A stretch of 58,966 nt of DNA, filler included, from Sandaracinaceae bacterium (GTDB lineage Bacteria; Myxococcota_A; Polyangia; Polyangiales; JADJQN01), in NCBI GenBank assembly GCA_947483975.1. It is 2 parts of 2 records of this genome, joined end to end, with 100 filler letters (N's around TTAATTAATTAA, not from the genome) between each part and the next. Parts side by side here need not be neighbours in the genome. Positions count along the whole stretch, not along the records: positions 1 to 29,482 come from CANKOL010000019.1; 1 more part is not named here. One strand, given 5' to 3'. The notes below the pieces were generated by a model, which was not told where the DNA came from, searched no databases, and saw only the letters and a list, made by a program, of their open reading frames with translations. Positions 1 through 10,616 of this stretch are shown piece by piece. Each line of letters opens with the position of its first letter. The stretch's first letter is position 1. Both the position numbers and the translations under genes were made by a program.

Positions 1-93
1 CGGCCGCGGTGTCGCGGCCGGCGCGTCGCCCGCATGGTCGCCCGAGCCGCAGCCCGCGCCGACGAGGAACACCAGCAGCAGGCAGGTTCGCAT
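1..93 (-). CDS. Putative lipoprotein, N-terminal part only (runs off window)
   Basis: Not in ORF track. ATG at 93 gives MRTCLLLVFLVGAGCGSGDHAG..., a hydrophobic stretch plus lipobox-like GAG-C; TATGCT lies 8 nt upstream. Confidence 0.55.
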   Translation of the reverse strand, partial: MRTCLLLVFLVGAGCGSGDHAGDAPAATPRP

Positions 94-179
94 CGGCCGC
101 CAGCATAAGGCCATCGGCGTGCCGCACACGCAGCGCGTGCCGCGAACGTCAGGCGCGCCGTCGTCGGAGCGCGCCGTGC

Positions 180-1943
180 TCAACGCCTGCCCATGCGCAC
201 CAGCCGCCCCGGGCGCAGCCCCGTCAGCGCGTCGTTCTCCGCGATCAGCGTGCCCGCGACGACGGTCGCGCGATAGCCCGAGACCGGCTGCAGCAGGCGC
301 TTGCCCCCCGCCGGGAGGTCCGCGACGAGCCGCGGTCGAAAGAGCCGCAGCCCGTCGAAGTCGATCACGTTCAAGTCCCCGCGCAGCCCGACGCGCAGCT
401 CGCCGCGGTCGTGCATCCCGAGGTGTCGCGCCGTGTCGCTCGACAGCATCTGCACCGCGCGCTCGACGGGGATGCGCCCAGTCGCGCGGTCGCGGCACCA
501 GTGCGAGAGCAAGAACGTCGGGAAGCTCGCGTCGCAGATCGTGCCGACGTGCGCGCCGCCGTCCGCCAGCCCCGGCAGCGCGAGCGGGTGCATCAGCATC
601 TCGCGGACCGCGTCGAAGTTGAGGTTGCAGTAGTTGTAGACGGGGAAGTACAGCAGCTCCCGCCCGTCGTTCTCGAGCATCGCGTCGAGGATCTCCTCGA
701 GCGCCTTCACGCCGCGCCGCGCCGCCGTCGCGCCGAGCGACTGCTCGGGCGTCGGCTCGTAGTTCGGCTGCTCGCCGAGCCGGAAGATCCGAAACGCGAT
801 CAGGTCGATCATCGACAGCAGAATGTCCGCGAGCGGCGGCACAGAGGAGCCATCGCCCGCGACCTTCTCGCTCTTCTCGGAGAGCAACTGCGCGCGAAAC
901 GCCGGCTCGCGCAGCTGCGCGGCGCGCTCGGCGACGGGCAGGTGCGCGATGCGCTTGTAGCTCGGGTAGCCGATGAACGGATGAAACGTCGCCTCGAGCC
1001 CGAGGATCACGCCGATCCCACGCGGCGCCACCTGCACGCGCGTGACGAGGCCGCGCGCCGTCGCGCTCTCGGCGCGCGCGAGGATGCGACGCCACTGCTC
1101 GGTGTCCTGATCCCGCTGCATCAGCGAGATCGACAGCGCGTGCCCCGGCGCCGCCGCCGCCATCGCCTCGAGGAGGTCGTACTCCGCGTCGAAGCGGTCC
1201 CGTCCGGCGGCCATGTCGAAGTCCGACACCGCCTGCAGCACGCCGTGCTCCAGGCCATCGAACGCGCGCGCGAGGCCGATCAACTCGCGCGCGCCCACGT
1301 CGGCGGCGGGCGTCGACGCCCCGGAGCGCGAGCGGTGATTGTCGCTCCGACCCGTCGAGAAGCCGACCGCGCCCGCCTCCAGCCCGCTCCGCAATTCGTC
1401 GCGCATCGCCGCGATGTCGTCGTCGGTCGCGACCTCGCCGCGAATCCCACGCTCGCCCATCACGAACACGCGCAGCGCGTCGTGCGGCACATGCGCCGCG
1501 AAGTCGATCGTGTGCGGCGCGGAGTCGAGCGCGTCGAGGTACTGGGGGAACGTCTCCCAGCCCCAGCGCATCCCCTCCGCGAGCGCGGAGCCTGGGATGT
1601 CCTCGACGCCCTCCATCAGCGCGATGAGCGCGTCACGGTCCTCGGTGCGGCACGGCGCGAAGCCGACTCCGCAGCTGCCCATGACCACCGTCGTCGTCCC
1701 ATGCGCCGAGGACGGCAGCAGGTCCGCGTCCCACGACACCTGCCCGTCGTAGTGCGAGTGCAGATCGACGAAGCCGGGCGTGACGAGCGCGCCCTCCGCG
1801 TCGAGCGTGCGCGTCGCCGCCTCGCCCGCGAGGTCACCGATCGCGACGATGCGCCCGCCGCGGATGGCGAGGTCCGCGCGGCGCTGCGGCGCGCCGGTAC
1901 CGTCGATGAGCATGCCGTTTCGGACGAGGAGGTCGTGGGCCAT
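180..1943 (-). CDS. N-acyl-D-amino-acid deacylase family amidohydrolase
   Basis: IDGTG N-terminus, [11 protein letters not shown] metal motif, [15 protein letters not shown]-terminal PGRLVR. Confidence 0.9.
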   Translation of the reverse strand: MAHDLLVRNGMLIDGTGAPQRRADLAIRGGRIVAIGDLAGEAATRTLDAEGALVTPGFVDLHSHYDGQVSWDADLLPSSAHGTTTVVMGSCGVGFAPCRTEDRDALIALMEGVEDIPGSALAEGMRWGWETFPQYLDALDSAPHTIDFAAHVPHDALRVFVMGERGIRGEVATDDDIAAMRDELRSGLEAGAVGFSTGRSDNHRSRSGASTPAADVGARELIGLARAFDGLEHGVLQAVSDFDMAAGRDRFDAEYDLLEAMAAAAPGHALSISLMQRDQDTEQWRRILARAESATARGLVTRVQVAPRGIGVILGLEATFHPFIGYPSYKRIAHLPVAERAAQLREPAFRAQLLSEKSEKVAGDGSSVPPLADILLSMIDLIAFRIFRLGEQPNYEPTPEQSLGATAARRGVKALEEILDAMLENDGRELLYFPVYNYCNLNFDAVREMLMHPLALPGLADGGAHVGTICDASFPTFLLSHWCRDRATGRIPVERAVQMLSSDTARHLGMHDRGELRVGLRGDLNVIDFDGLRLFRPRLVADLPAGGKRLLQPVSGYRATVVAGTLIAENDALTGLRPGRLVRMGRR

Positions 1944-2084
1944 GCGCCGCAGTATCGCGGACCCGCGCCGTCGCGGTGCGCGGATTTCCGCCTGCTGCGC
2001 GCACGCATGTCTCGCCGCGACCGCGCCACCGTCCCCGTTCGGTGCTGGGCGCGGCCTCCCCCAGCGGGCCCCAAAGGCGTCGTG

Positions 2085-2171
2085 TGAACGCGTTCAATAA
2101 AACGCGGCTTATGTCTTGACGCGCCGGTTTGTGCGCTCATATGTGCATTGCAAGCTAACTGAACGCGTTCA
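2085..2171. promoter_or_regulatory. Twin palindromic operators TGAACGCGTTCA (2085-2096, 2160-2171) flanking a TTGACG -35 (2116-2121)
   Basis: Two identical perfect 12-bp palindromes 75 bp apart, upstream of a TetR-containing operon. Confidence 0.8.
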
Positions 2172-2188
2172 ATCAACGGAGGCAGCTC

Positions 2189-2617
2189 ATGCACCCATCG
2201 ACACCCACCGACTATCTCCCGTTCGTCTACGCGGCGTACGCCCTCGTCAGCGTGGGGCTGACGATCTTCCTCGCCCGCACGCTCTCGGTGAACGGGCGGA
2301 TCTTCCTCGCGAAGGTCTTCGCGAACGACCCCGCGTTCGGCGACGCGGTCAATCGCCTGCTCGTCGTCGGCTTCTATCTGGTCAACTTCGGCTACGCCTG
2401 CCTGCACCTGGTCGGCGGCGAAGCGCCCACCATGCGCGGCGCGATCGAGACGCTCGCGAGCAAGCTCGGCTCGCTCCTGCTCGCGCTCGCCGTGATGCAC
2501 TTCGCCAACCTGTTCATCTTCAACCGCATCCGCCGTGGCGCGCGCCCCGCAGAGATCCCCGCGCCGATCACTCCCCATGGCTGGATGCAGCAGCCCGCGC
2601 CCGCGGGAGCGGGGTGA
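2189..2617 (+). CDS. Small integral membrane protein (3 TM)
   Basis: Three hydrophobic segments, AVNRLLVVGFYLVNFGY, MHFANL; GGAGG RBS upstream. Confidence 0.8.
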   Translation: MHPSTPTDYLPFVYAAYALVSVGLTIFLARTLSVNGRIFLAKVFANDPAFGDAVNRLLVVGFYLVNFGYACLHLVGGEAPTMRGAIETLASKLGSLLLALAVMHFANLFIFNRIRRGARPAEIPAPITPHGWMQQPAPAGAG

Positions 2618-3054
2618 CCGTCGTGCGCGAGCTGACGGTGCTCTACGACGGCGCCTGCCCGCTCTGCGTCGTGTGCCGCGACTGGCTCGCTCGCGCTGCG
2701 CAGCGCATCCCGCTGCGCCTCCTCGACGTGCACGGGGAGGTCGTTCGGAGCACCTACGGGCGCGTGCCCGGGGACGGCGTCGCGCTCGTCGTCGTCGACG
2801 ACGCGGGCCGCTACTGGCTCGGTCCCGCGGCGTTCCTGATGTGCCTCTGGGCGCTCGAGCGCTGGGCTGCCGTCGCCTGGCTCGCGCTCTGCGCGCCGCT
2901 CCGCCCGCTGACCGTCGCCGTCTTCGCGCTCGTCAGCGCCAACCGCGCGGCGCTCGGCTCGCTCCTCGGCGTGCCCTCCTGCGAGAGCGGGCACTGCGGG
3001 CTCCCGCCTTCGCCCGGGGGACCGTACCGCTCGGCTAGACTCGCCGCTCGATGA
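2614..3054 (+). CDS. DCC1-like thiol-disulfide oxidoreductase (DUF393)
   Basis: VLYDGACPLC (DxxCxxC) motif; GTG start overlaps upstream stop (GTGA). Confidence 0.85.
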   Translation: MTVVRELTVLYDGACPLCVVCRDWLARAAQRIPLRLLDVHGEVVRSTYGRVPGDGVALVVVDDAGRYWLGPAAFLMCLWALERWAAVAWLALCAPLRPLTVAVFALVSANRAALGSLLGVPSCESGHCGLPPSPGGPYRSARLAAR

Positions 3055-3845
3055 CGAAGAAGCCCGCCCCTAGCCAGCCCACGCCGCGTAAGCCCACGCC
3101 GCGCAAGCCCACGCCGCGCAAGCCCACGCCGCGCGCCGAACGAGCCCCCAAGCGCGCGCCGAGCGCCGCTGCGGAACCCAAGCGCGCCCGCCGCGCCGAC
3201 GGAGAGACGACGCGCGCCCGCATCCTCTCGACCGCGCTCGACCTCTTCAGGCGGCGCGGCTTCGAGCGCACGACGATGCGGGAGGTCGCGAGCGCGGCCG
3301 GCGTCTCGCTCGGCGCCGCGTATCACTACTTCGGCTCGAAGGAAGAGATCGCGCTCGCCTTCTACCGCGACCATCAGCAGCGTCACTCGGAGGTCGCGCG
3401 CAAGGCCCTGTCCACCGCGCGCACGCTGCGCGAGCGGCTCGACGCCGTGTTCTCCTCGGTGCTCGACGTGCGCGGGCAGGACCGCCCGGTCCTCTCTGCG
3501 CTCACGCGCACGGCGCTCGACAAGTCGAGCCCGGTCTCGATCTTCTCCGACGAGCTGAGCGATGTGCGCGACGCCGACCTCGCCTTGCTGCGCGAGGTCG
3601 TGAGCTGCCCCGAGGTCAGCCCCGACCTGCGCGAACCGCTCGCGCTCGCGCTCTGGGCGCTCGAGCTCGGGCTGGTGCTCCGCTTCGTGCTCGACGAGTC
3701 CCCCGGCCAGGCGATGACTCGGAAGCTGATGGCGGGCGCGCTCGACCTAGTGCCGCCGCTCGTGACGCTCCTCGGGATGCCGATGATGCTGCCGATGCGC
3801 GAGCAGCTCCTGCGCGTCCTGATCGACGGCGGTCTGCTCCGCTGA
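3051..3845 (+). CDS. TetR/AcrR family regulator with basic N-terminal extension
   Basis: HTH GFERTTMREVASAAGVSLGAAYHYFGSKE; ATGA overlap with upstream gene. Confidence 0.92.
   Translation: MTKKPAPSQPTPRKPTPRKPTPRKPTPRAERAPKRAPSAAAEPKRARRADGETTRARILSTALDLFRRRGFERTTMREVASAAGVSLGAAYHYFGSKEEIALAFYRDHQQRHSEVARKALSTARTLRERLDAVFSSVLDVRGQDRPVLSALTRTALDKSSPVSIFSDELSDVRDADLALLREVVSCPEVSPDLREPLALALWALELGLVLRFVLDESPGQAMTRKLMAGALDLVPPLVTLLGMPMMLPMREQLLRVLIDGGLLR
3076..3134 (+). repeat. 15-bp tandem repeat x4 encoding PTPRK
   Basis: AGCCCACGCCGCG(T/C)A units start at 3076, 3091, 3106, 3121. Confidence 0.9.
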
Positions 3846-3854
3846 GACCTCTAC

Positions 3855-3885
3855 TTGCACGTATGCGCATGGTCGTATAGATAGT
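3855..3885 (+). promoter_or_regulatory. sahR-ahcY promoter with candidate ArsR-type operator TATGCG-N6-CGTATA (3862-3879)
   Basis: TTGCAC (3855-3860), AT-rich TATAGATAGT just before the start codon, imperfect inverted repeat between them. Confidence 0.5.
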
Positions 3886-3891
3886 CCCTCG

Positions 3892-4953
3892 ATGGACGCG
3901 CCGGGCAGCACCTCCGTGAGCACCACGCCGCTGGCGACGCCGAGCGCTGGCGCGCGCTGGCAGCTCTACCGCCTGCTCGGCGAGCCCATTCGCCTGCGGC
4001 TGCTCGCGCTCGCGTCCGCAGAGGAGCTCGCGATCGGCGAGCTCGCGGAGCTGCTCGGCGAGTCGCAGCCCAACGTCTCGCGGCACGTCGGGCCGATGCG
4101 CAAGGCGGGGCTGCTCGCGGAGCGCAAGCAGGGGACCCGCCTGTTCGTCTTCCTGACCGACGGCGCCCGGCGGGACGCGGTCGTCGCCGACGCGCTCGTC
4201 GCGGGGCTCGCGCTCGCGGAGGCCGACGGCTCGCTCTCGCGCATCGCCGCCGTGCTCGGCGCTCGAGAGGCGGCGACGCGCGAGCTCTTCGGTCGCCCGC
4301 GGGAGCTCGCGCCCCTCGGGCAGCTGCCGCCCGAGCTCCCCGCGTATCTGACGGCGCTCGCGCCGCTGATCGCGCAGCGCGCCCTCGCCGTCGACGCGGG
4401 CACGGGCGACGGCAACCTGCTCGACGTGCTCGCGCCTGTGTTCGAGCGCGTGGTCGCGGTCGATCGCGAGGAGGCGCAGCTCTCTCGCGCCCGGGAGCGC
4501 GTCGCCCTCCGCGGCTACGGCAACGTCGACCTCGTGTGCGGCGCGCTCGACGACGCGAAGGTGCGCGCGGCGGTCAAGCGTCGCGCCGGGGACGCGGGCG
4601 GCGCCGACGTCGTCTTCGCCTCGCGCGTGCTGCATCACGCGCCGAAGCCCGCCGCGGCGATGAAGGCGCTCGCGCAGCTCGTGCGCCCCGGCGGGCACGT
4701 CGTCGTCATCGACTACGCGACGCACGAGGACGAGCGACTGCGCGCCGAGCAGGCTGACGTCTGGCTCGGATTTTCCGCCGAGGAGCTCCGCCGACTCGCT
4801 CACACGGCGGGCCTCGGCGCGCCCGCCGTGAGTGCCATTCCGCTCACGCGCAACGGCACCGGTCCCGACAAACACCTCTCTTGGCAGGTGCTGATTGCCC
4901 GCCGCCCGCCGCAGCCCAGCAAGTCAGTCACTCCCGCTCGCAAACGCAGCTGA
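3892..4953 (+). CDS. sahR: ArsR-HTH / SAM-methyltransferase-fold fusion regulator (SahR-like)
   Basis: ArsR HTH (ELAELLGESQPNVSRH) plus VDAGTGDG SAM motif, VLHH, WLGF; directly upstream of ahcY. Confidence 0.8.
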   Translation: MDAPGSTSVSTTPLATPSAGARWQLYRLLGEPIRLRLLALASAEELAIGELAELLGESQPNVSRHVGPMRKAGLLAERKQGTRLFVFLTDGARRDAVVADALVAGLALAEADGSLSRIAAVLGAREAATRELFGRPRELAPLGQLPPELPAYLTALAPLIAQRALAVDAGTGDGNLLDVLAPVFERVVAVDREEAQLSRARERVALRGYGNVDLVCGALDDAKVRAAVKRRAGDAGGADVVFASRVLHHAPKPAAAMKALAQLVRPGGHVVVIDYATHEDERLRAEQADVWLGFSAEELRRLAHTAGLGAPAVSAIPLTRNGTGPDKHLSWQVLIARRPPQPSKSVTPARKRS

Positions 4954-4992
4954 TCCGACACCGTTTGATTTGACCCCCTGATGGAGACGAAG

Positions 4993-6333
4993 ATGGCCAA
5001 AGAATCGAAGAACGCAGTCGCCGGTAAGTACAAGGTCGCCGACATCACGCTCGCCGACTGGGGTCGCAAGGAGATCGCCATCGCCGAGACCGAGATGCCC
5101 GGCCTCATGGCGATCCGCGCAGAGTTCAAGAAGGCGCAGCCGCTCAAGGGCGCGCGCGTCGCCGGCTGTCTGCACATGACCATTCAGACCGCCGTCCTCA
5201 TCGAGACGCTGGTCGAGCTCGGCGCCGAGGTCACGTGGACCTCGTGCAACATCTTCTCGACGCAGGATCAGGCCGCGGCCGCCATCGCCGTCACCGGCGT
5301 GCCCGTCTTCGCGTGGAAGGGCGAGACCGAGCCGGAGTACGAGTGGTGCCTCGAGCAGCAGCTCAAGGCGTTCAAGGGCGGCAAGGCGCCGAACATGATC
5401 CTCGACGACGGCGGGGACCTCACCGTCCTCATCCACCAGAAGTACCCCGAGATGTTCAGCGGGAAGGACCCGATTCGCGGGCTCAGCGAAGAGACGACGA
5501 CGGGCGTGCACCGCCTCTACGAGATGGCCAGGCAGGGCAAGCTGCTCTGCCCGGCGATCAACGTGAACGACGCCGTCACCAAGTCGAAGTTCGACAACCT
5601 CTACGGCTGCCGCGAGTCGCTCGTCGACGGCATCAAGCGCGCGACGGACGTCATGCTCGCCGGCAAGGTCGCCGTCGTGTGTGGCTATGGCGACGTCGGC
5701 AAGGGCTGCGCGGTCTCGCTCCGCAGCTACGGCGCGCGCGTGCTCATCACCGAGGTCGACCCGATCTGCGCGCTGCAGGCGGCGATGGAGGGCTACGAGG
5801 TCGTCACGATGGACGAGGCGGCGCCGCAGGCGGACCTCGTCGTCACGGCGACGGGCTGCTGTGACGTCGTGACCTTCGCGCACATGAAGGCCATGAAGAA
5901 CGAGGCCATCCTCTGCAACATCGGCCACTTCGACAGCGAGATCGAGATCGCTGCGCTGATGAACCCGAAGAACAAGGTCCGCATCGAGAACATCAAGCCG
6001 CAGGTGGACCACTTCGTGTTCCCCGGCGGCAAGAAGCTGATCGTGCTCGCGAGCGGTCGCCTCGTGAACCTCGGCTGCGCGACGGGGCACCCGAGCTTCG
6101 TGATGTCGACGAGCTTCTCCAACCAGGTGCTCGCGCAGATCACGCTCTTCACCGAGCCGAAGAAGTACGAGACGGGCAAGGTCTACGTGCTCCCGAAGGA
6201 CCTCGACGAGAAGGTCGCGCGCCTGCACCTCGGCAAGCTCGGCGTGAAGCTCACGACGCTGACGGCGAAGCAGTCGAAGTACCTCGGCGTGTCCGTCAAC
6301 GGGCCGTTCAAGCCCGAGTACTACCGCTACTGA
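4993..6333 (+). CDS. ahcY: Adenosylhomocysteinase
   Basis: [59 protein letters not shown] favours ATG 4993. Confidence 0.98.
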   Translation: MAKESKNAVAGKYKVADITLADWGRKEIAIAETEMPGLMAIRAEFKKAQPLKGARVAGCLHMTIQTAVLIETLVELGAEVTWTSCNIFSTQDQAAAAIAVTGVPVFAWKGETEPEYEWCLEQQLKAFKGGKAPNMILDDGGDLTVLIHQKYPEMFSGKDPIRGLSEETTTGVHRLYEMARQGKLLCPAINVNDAVTKSKFDNLYGCRESLVDGIKRATDVMLAGKVAVVCGYGDVGKGCAVSLRSYGARVLITEVDPICALQAAMEGYEVVTMDEAAPQADLVVTATGCCDVVTFAHMKAMKNEAILCNIGHFDSEIEIAALMNPKNKVRIENIKPQVDHFVFPGGKKLIVLASGRLVNLGCATGHPSFVMSTSFSNQVLAQITLFTEPKKYETGKVYVLPKDLDEKVARLHLGKLGVKLTTLTAKQSKYLGVSVNGPFKPEYYRY

Positions 6334-6345
6334 ACCGCTGACTCG

Positions 6346-6365
6346 GACTCGTGACTTCACGAGTC
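6346..6365 (+). terminator. Hairpin after ahcY (no U tract)
   Basis: GACTCGTGA-CT-TCACGAGTC inverted repeat 12 nt after the stop. Confidence 0.4.
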
Positions 6366-6512
6366 TGACGAACGTCACGCGCCCTCGGCTCGCAGCGATG
6401 CGGGTCGAGGGCGTCGTGCGTTTCGGGCGCGAGCGCGGCCGCACGGGAGGCTGTCCCTCCCACGTTGAGTTCGGACGCGCGAACCTCGGTCGCCCCCGTC
6501 GTCAGGCGCGTG

Positions 6513-6929
6513 TCAGTCCGCCGTGCCTTGGGCGGCGGCGTAGTCGTGCCGCAGAAAGCAGGCGACCTTCCGCGTGAATTCCGGCGTCGACTCAGCCTTG
6601 GAGATGTAGCCCTGCGCGCCGCACTTCTGCGCCTTCTCTTGCAGCGCGCGCTCGTCGATCCCCGAGTAGAGCACCACGCTGAAGTGCGCGACGCCCGAGC
6701 GCGGTTGAAACAGCGAGACGAACGCGTCCCCCGTCAGGAACGGCATGTTCACGTCGACGAGGATCAAGTCGGGGTTGAAGCGCGAGACCTCCTTGACGCA
6801 GCCCGCCCCACCTTCGTGGATCGCGACAGCGTAGCCGCGCCGCTCGAGCAGTCTCTTGGCGCTGACCAACACCCCCACGTCGTCGTCGATGATCATGATC
6901 TTTTGCGGGACGTTGGTGTGGCTGGGCAT
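6513..6929 (-). CDS. Single-domain response regulator
   Basis: IMIIDDD, ILVDVNMP, YSG, YISK receiver residues; start trimmed to ATG 6929. Confidence 0.85.
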   Translation of the reverse strand: MPSHTNVPQKIMIIDDDVGVLVSAKRLLERRGYAVAIHEGGAGCVKEVSRFNPDLILVDVNMPFLTGDAFVSLFQPRSGVAHFSVVLYSGIDERALQEKAQKCGAQGYISKAESTPEFTRKVACFLRHDYAAAQGTAD

Positions 6930-7246
6930 TGCTCGCTCTCGACGAGTCGCTTCGCGGGACAAGGAGTGGACCGAGTGTGGACCTCGGGCGGGCAGCCGAC
7001 TCCTGATGCCGTCGACCGGTCGCCGACGGACAACTGCGAAAACGGCCAAAGACGGGAGGCGTGAAGGGGGGTGGCCGAACGGCTCGTGCGTGCGACGTCC
7101 GGGGCGCACGGGCGCTCGCCAGGGGCTTTCGCGTCGCGCAGGTCCTCGTCGGATGGGGCCTGTTCGCGTCGGGGCTTGGGGCGCGACTCGTCGCAGTGGC
7201 CTGGGTCGCGCTTGCGCGCGCCGCGTGCGCGGGTATCTAGTCGGCC

Positions 7247-7741
7247 ATGAATCTACAGAAGCTCGCTCAGGTGCTCGTCCTGTCTTTCGCGCTCGCAGCT
7301 TGCGGCGGCGGCGGACACGGCGAGGGTGATTGCGGTGGCGATTGTGGGCACTCGTCGGGAGGCGAGGGCGACTGCAACCATCAAGGCGGAGAGCACGGCG
7401 GACACGAGGGCGGCGAGGCTGAGGTCGCGCTTCCCCCCGCGGTCGCTGCGTTCCACGAGACGGTCGCCCCGGTGTGGCACTCCGAGCCGGGCGCCGGGCG
7501 CGCGACGCTCGCGTGCGGCGCGGCTGCCAACCTGCGCGAGCGCGCGGGCGCGTTGCAGACGGCGGAGGCGCCCACCGGAGTCGACGCCGCTGCCTGGACT
7601 GCCGCGAGCGCGACGCTCGTGACGAGCACCGACGAGCTGGCCGCGACGTGCACTGCGCAGGGCGCGGACGTCGAGGCGAAACTCACCTCGGTCCACGAGG
7701 CGTTCCACGCGCTCGTGCAGCAGGTCCGCGCGGTCCACTGA
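7247..7741 (+). CDS. Lipoprotein with His/Cys/Gly-rich linker and helical domain
   Basis: Signal peptide with LAAC lipobox; GHGEGDCGGDCGH linker; FHETVAPVWH and VHEAFH motifs. Confidence 0.8.
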   Translation: MNLQKLAQVLVLSFALAACGGGGHGEGDCGGDCGHSSGGEGDCNHQGGEHGGHEGGEAEVALPPAVAAFHETVAPVWHSEPGAGRATLACGAAANLRERAGALQTAEAPTGVDAAAWTAASATLVTSTDELAATCTAQGADVEAKLTSVHEAFHALVQQVRAVH

Positions 7742-7767
7742 ACCGCGCCTCCTCGGCGTGAACGAAG

Positions 7768-7799
7768 AAGCCCACCGAGCTCGCACTCGGTGGGCTTTT
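7768..7799. terminator. Bidirectional intrinsic terminator
   Basis: AAGCCCACCGAG-6nt-CTCGGTGGGCTT(TT) between convergent genes. Confidence 0.85.
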
Positions 7800-7830
7800 C
7801 GTGTTCGCTGCCTCCGCTGGCGCTTCGTGA

Positions 7831-9783
7831 CTACTCGTCGTCGGCGCGCAGCTTCGCGAGCACGGAGAGATCCTCGAGCGTCGTCATATCGCCCTTGACC
7901 TCACCGCCGCCGGCGAGCTCCTTCAGCAGGCGACGCATGATCTTTCCGCTGCGCGTCTTGGGCAGCATATCCGTGAAGCGGATGTCGTCGGGCCGCGCGA
8001 ATTTGCCGATCTCGTTCGCGACGTGATCGAGCAGCACCGCGCGTAGCTCCGCGGTCGGCTGCACGCCGCCCTTGACCGTGACGAACGCGACGAGCGCTTG
8101 GCCCTTCATCGCGTCGGGTCGACCGACGACGGCGGCCTCGGCGACGCTGCGGTGCGCGACGAGCGCGCTCTCGATCTCGGCGGTGCCGAGGCGATGCCCC
8201 GACACGTTCACGACGTCGTCGACGCGCCCCATCACCCAGAAGAAGCCGTCGTCATCCCGCCGCGCGCCGTCGCCCGTGAAGTAGATGCCTGGGAAGCGCG
8301 AGAAGTACGTCTCCGCGAAGCGCGCGTCGTCGCCCCAGATGGTGCGCATCATCGACGGCCAGGGCTTCTCGATCACGAGCAAGCCGCCCTCGTTGGGCCC
8401 CGCCTCCGTGCCGTCCTCGCGCAGCACCTTCGGCGCGACGCCGAAGAACGGTAGCGTGCAGCTCCCCGGCTTCGTCGCGATCGCGCCCGGCAGCGGCGAC
8501 ATCATGATCGCGCCGGTTTCCGTCTGCCACCAGGTGTCCACGATCGGGCAGCGCTCGCCGCCGATCAGCTTCCGGTACCACATCCACGCTTCTGGATTGA
8601 TCGGCTCGCCCACCGTGCCGAGCAGCCGCAGCGAGGTGAGGTCGTGCTTCATCGGGTGGTGATCACCCCACTTCACGAACGCGCGAATCGCCGTCGGCGC
8701 CGTGTAGAAGATGGTCACCGAGTACCGCTCGATCATCGACCAAACGCGGTCTTGATCGGGGTGATTGGGGGCGCCCTCGTACATCAGGCAGGTCGCGCCG
8801 TTCGCGAGCGGGCCATAGACGATGTAGCTGTGTCCCGTGACCCAGCCGACGTCCGCGGTGCACCAATACGTGTCGTTCTCCTGCAGATCGAAGACGTATT
8901 GCGTGGTCGCGTAGGCGCCGACCATGTAGCCGCCCGTCGTGTGCAGCACGCCCTTCGGCTTCCCCGTCGTGCCCGAGGTGTAGAGGATGAAGAGAGGGTG
9001 TTCGGCGTCGAGCGCCGGGGCCTCGTGCTTCGCGGGGACGGCCTCGAGGACGTCGTGCCACCAATGGTCGCGCCCCGCCTCCATCGCGACCTCGTTGCCG
9101 GTGCGCTTGAGCACGACCGTGTGCTTGACGGTCGGCGTCTCCGCGATGGCGCGGTCGACGTTCTCCTTGAGCGGCACGACGGTGCCGCGGCGCCACGCGC
9201 CGTCCTGCGTGATGACGACCTTCGCCTGCGCGTCGTTGACGCGATCGCGCACCGCCTCCGCGGCGAAGCCTCCGAAGATCACCGTGTGCACGGCGCCGAT
9301 GCGCGCGCACGCGAGCATCGCGATCGCCGCCTCGGGGACCATGCCCATGTAGATGGCGACGCGGTCGCCCTTGGTCACGCCGAGCTTGCCGAGGACGTTC
9401 GAGAAGCGGCAGACCTCGCGGTGCAGCTGCTGATAGGTGAGCGTGCGCTGATCGCCTGGCTCGCCCTCGAAGATGATCGCCGCCTTGTTGCGGCGCGCCC
9501 CGTCGAGGTGCCGATCGAGGCAGTTGTAGGCGAGGTTCGTCGTGCCGTCCGCGAACCACGTCGCGTGCGGCGCGTTGCTCCAGTCGAGCCCCTTCGTCGG
9601 GGCGCGAAACCAGTGCAGATCCTTGGCGATCTCGAGCCAGAACTCGTCCGGGCTCTCGAGGCTGCGCCGGTACATCTCCTCGTAGCGCTCGCGCGACGGA
9701 ACGCGCGCGGTGCGAGCGAACTCTTCTTGCGGCGCAAATACTCGCGCTTCGCGCGACACGCTCTCGATGGACGAATGCGACAT
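7831..9783 (-). CDS. acs: Acetyl-CoA synthetase
   Basis: [38 protein letters not shown]. Confidence 0.97.
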   Translation of the reverse strand: MSHSSIESVSREARVFAPQEEFARTARVPSRERYEEMYRRSLESPDEFWLEIAKDLHWFRAPTKGLDWSNAPHATWFADGTTNLAYNCLDRHLDGARRNKAAIIFEGEPGDQRTLTYQQLHREVCRFSNVLGKLGVTKGDRVAIYMGMVPEAAIAMLACARIGAVHTVIFGGFAAEAVRDRVNDAQAKVVITQDGAWRRGTVVPLKENVDRAIAETPTVKHTVVLKRTGNEVAMEAGRDHWWHDVLEAVPAKHEAPALDAEHPLFILYTSGTTGKPKGVLHTTGGYMVGAYATTQYVFDLQENDTYWCTADVGWVTGHSYIVYGPLANGATCLMYEGAPNHPDQDRVWSMIERYSVTIFYTAPTAIRAFVKWGDHHPMKHDLTSLRLLGTVGEPINPEAWMWYRKLIGGERCPIVDTWWQTETGAIMMSPLPGAIATKPGSCTLPFFGVAPKVLREDGTEAGPNEGGLLVIEKPWPSMMRTIWGDDARFAETYFSRFPGIYFTGDGARRDDDGFFWVMGRVDDVVNVSGHRLGTAEIESALVAHRSVAEAAVVGRPDAMKGQALVAFVTVKGGVQPTAELRAVLLDHVANEIGKFARPDDIRFTDMLPKTRSGKIMRRLLKELAGGGEVKGDMTTLEDLSVLAKLRADDE

Positions 9784-9869
9784 GCTCGGTGGGCTCCTCG
9801 GGAAGGGCCCCGATTCTCACACGCAGCGGCGGCTTTGTACTAGCCCGACCGACGCGCGCAGGTCGCCCC

Positions 9870-10616
9870 TCAGCGGGGCAGCGGCGCGTCGAGGAGCGCG
9901 CGTGTGCGTTGCCGCGCTGCGTCGAGCGCGCGTGGCCCTTGCTCGAGCTTGAACGGACCGACGCGCGGCAATCCTTGGAGCACCAACGGTACGAGCCCCG
10001 CGCGCACCGGCACGCGCAGCGAGGGGCTGCCCGGGCGGCGCCAAGGTGAGCGGCTCGCGAGGTGGTGGTAGAGGACGCGCTCGCCCGCGGGGACGCCCGC
10101 CAAACCAGGGCGATCGGCGACTCCGCCGTCCACGAACGGGCGCCCCTCGATCCACACCGGGTGAAACATGAACGGCACCGCGCAGGTCGCGTGAATGGCG
10201 CGCACGAGGTCGCCTGCGCCGCCGAGCACGCGCGTCTGCCGCGCGACGACGTCGAAGACGCTGACGTGCAGGGGCACGCGGCACGCCTCGAAGGTGTGGG
10301 TCGGCAAGAGCGTCGTGAGGCGCTCGCGGAAGAGCTTGCCGCGCAAGAGCCCGGCGCCTGGCCAAGGGTCCCAGAAGTGCTCACGCCGAAGCGCGAAAAG
10401 CTCCGCGGCGAGCTTCCCCGCGCTGAGCCCCGACGCCCACGCGCCGCCGACCAACGCCCCCGCGCTCGAGCCGGTGATGCGCGCGGGCAGCAGGCCCTCG
10501 TCTTCGAGCACGGAGAGCACGCCGGTGTGGGCGAAGAAGCCAAAAAAGCCGCTCGACATCGTCAGCGTGAAGGGGCCCTCGCGGAGCCACTCGCGCAGGG
10601 TCAAACGCGCGCTCAA
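9870..10616 (-). CDS. Patatin-like phospholipase
   Basis: SSGFFG Gly loop, GSSAG nucleophile, VDGG catalytic Asp; TTG start overlaps xth stop. Confidence 0.88.
   Translation of the reverse strand: MSARLTLREWLREGPFTLTMSSGFFGFFAHTGVLSVLEDEGLLPARITGSSAGALVGGAWASGLSAGKLAAELFALRREHFWDPWPGAGLLRGKLFRERLTTLLPTHTFEACRVPLHVSVFDVVARQTRVLGGAGDLVRAIHATCAVPFMFHPVWIEGRPFVDGGVADRPGLAGVPAGERVLYHHLASRSPWRRPGSPSLRVPVRAGLVPLVLQGLPRVGPFKLEQGPRALDAARQRTRALLDAPLPR

Noticed and set aside
9..2087. 692-aa plus-strand ORF and similar Arg/Ala-rich ORFs throughout the window
   Set aside because: Shadow frames of genes with clear family motifs.
4954..4992. SAH/SAM riboswitch before ahcY
   Set aside because: The spacer is too short, and a protein regulator is encoded immediately upstream.
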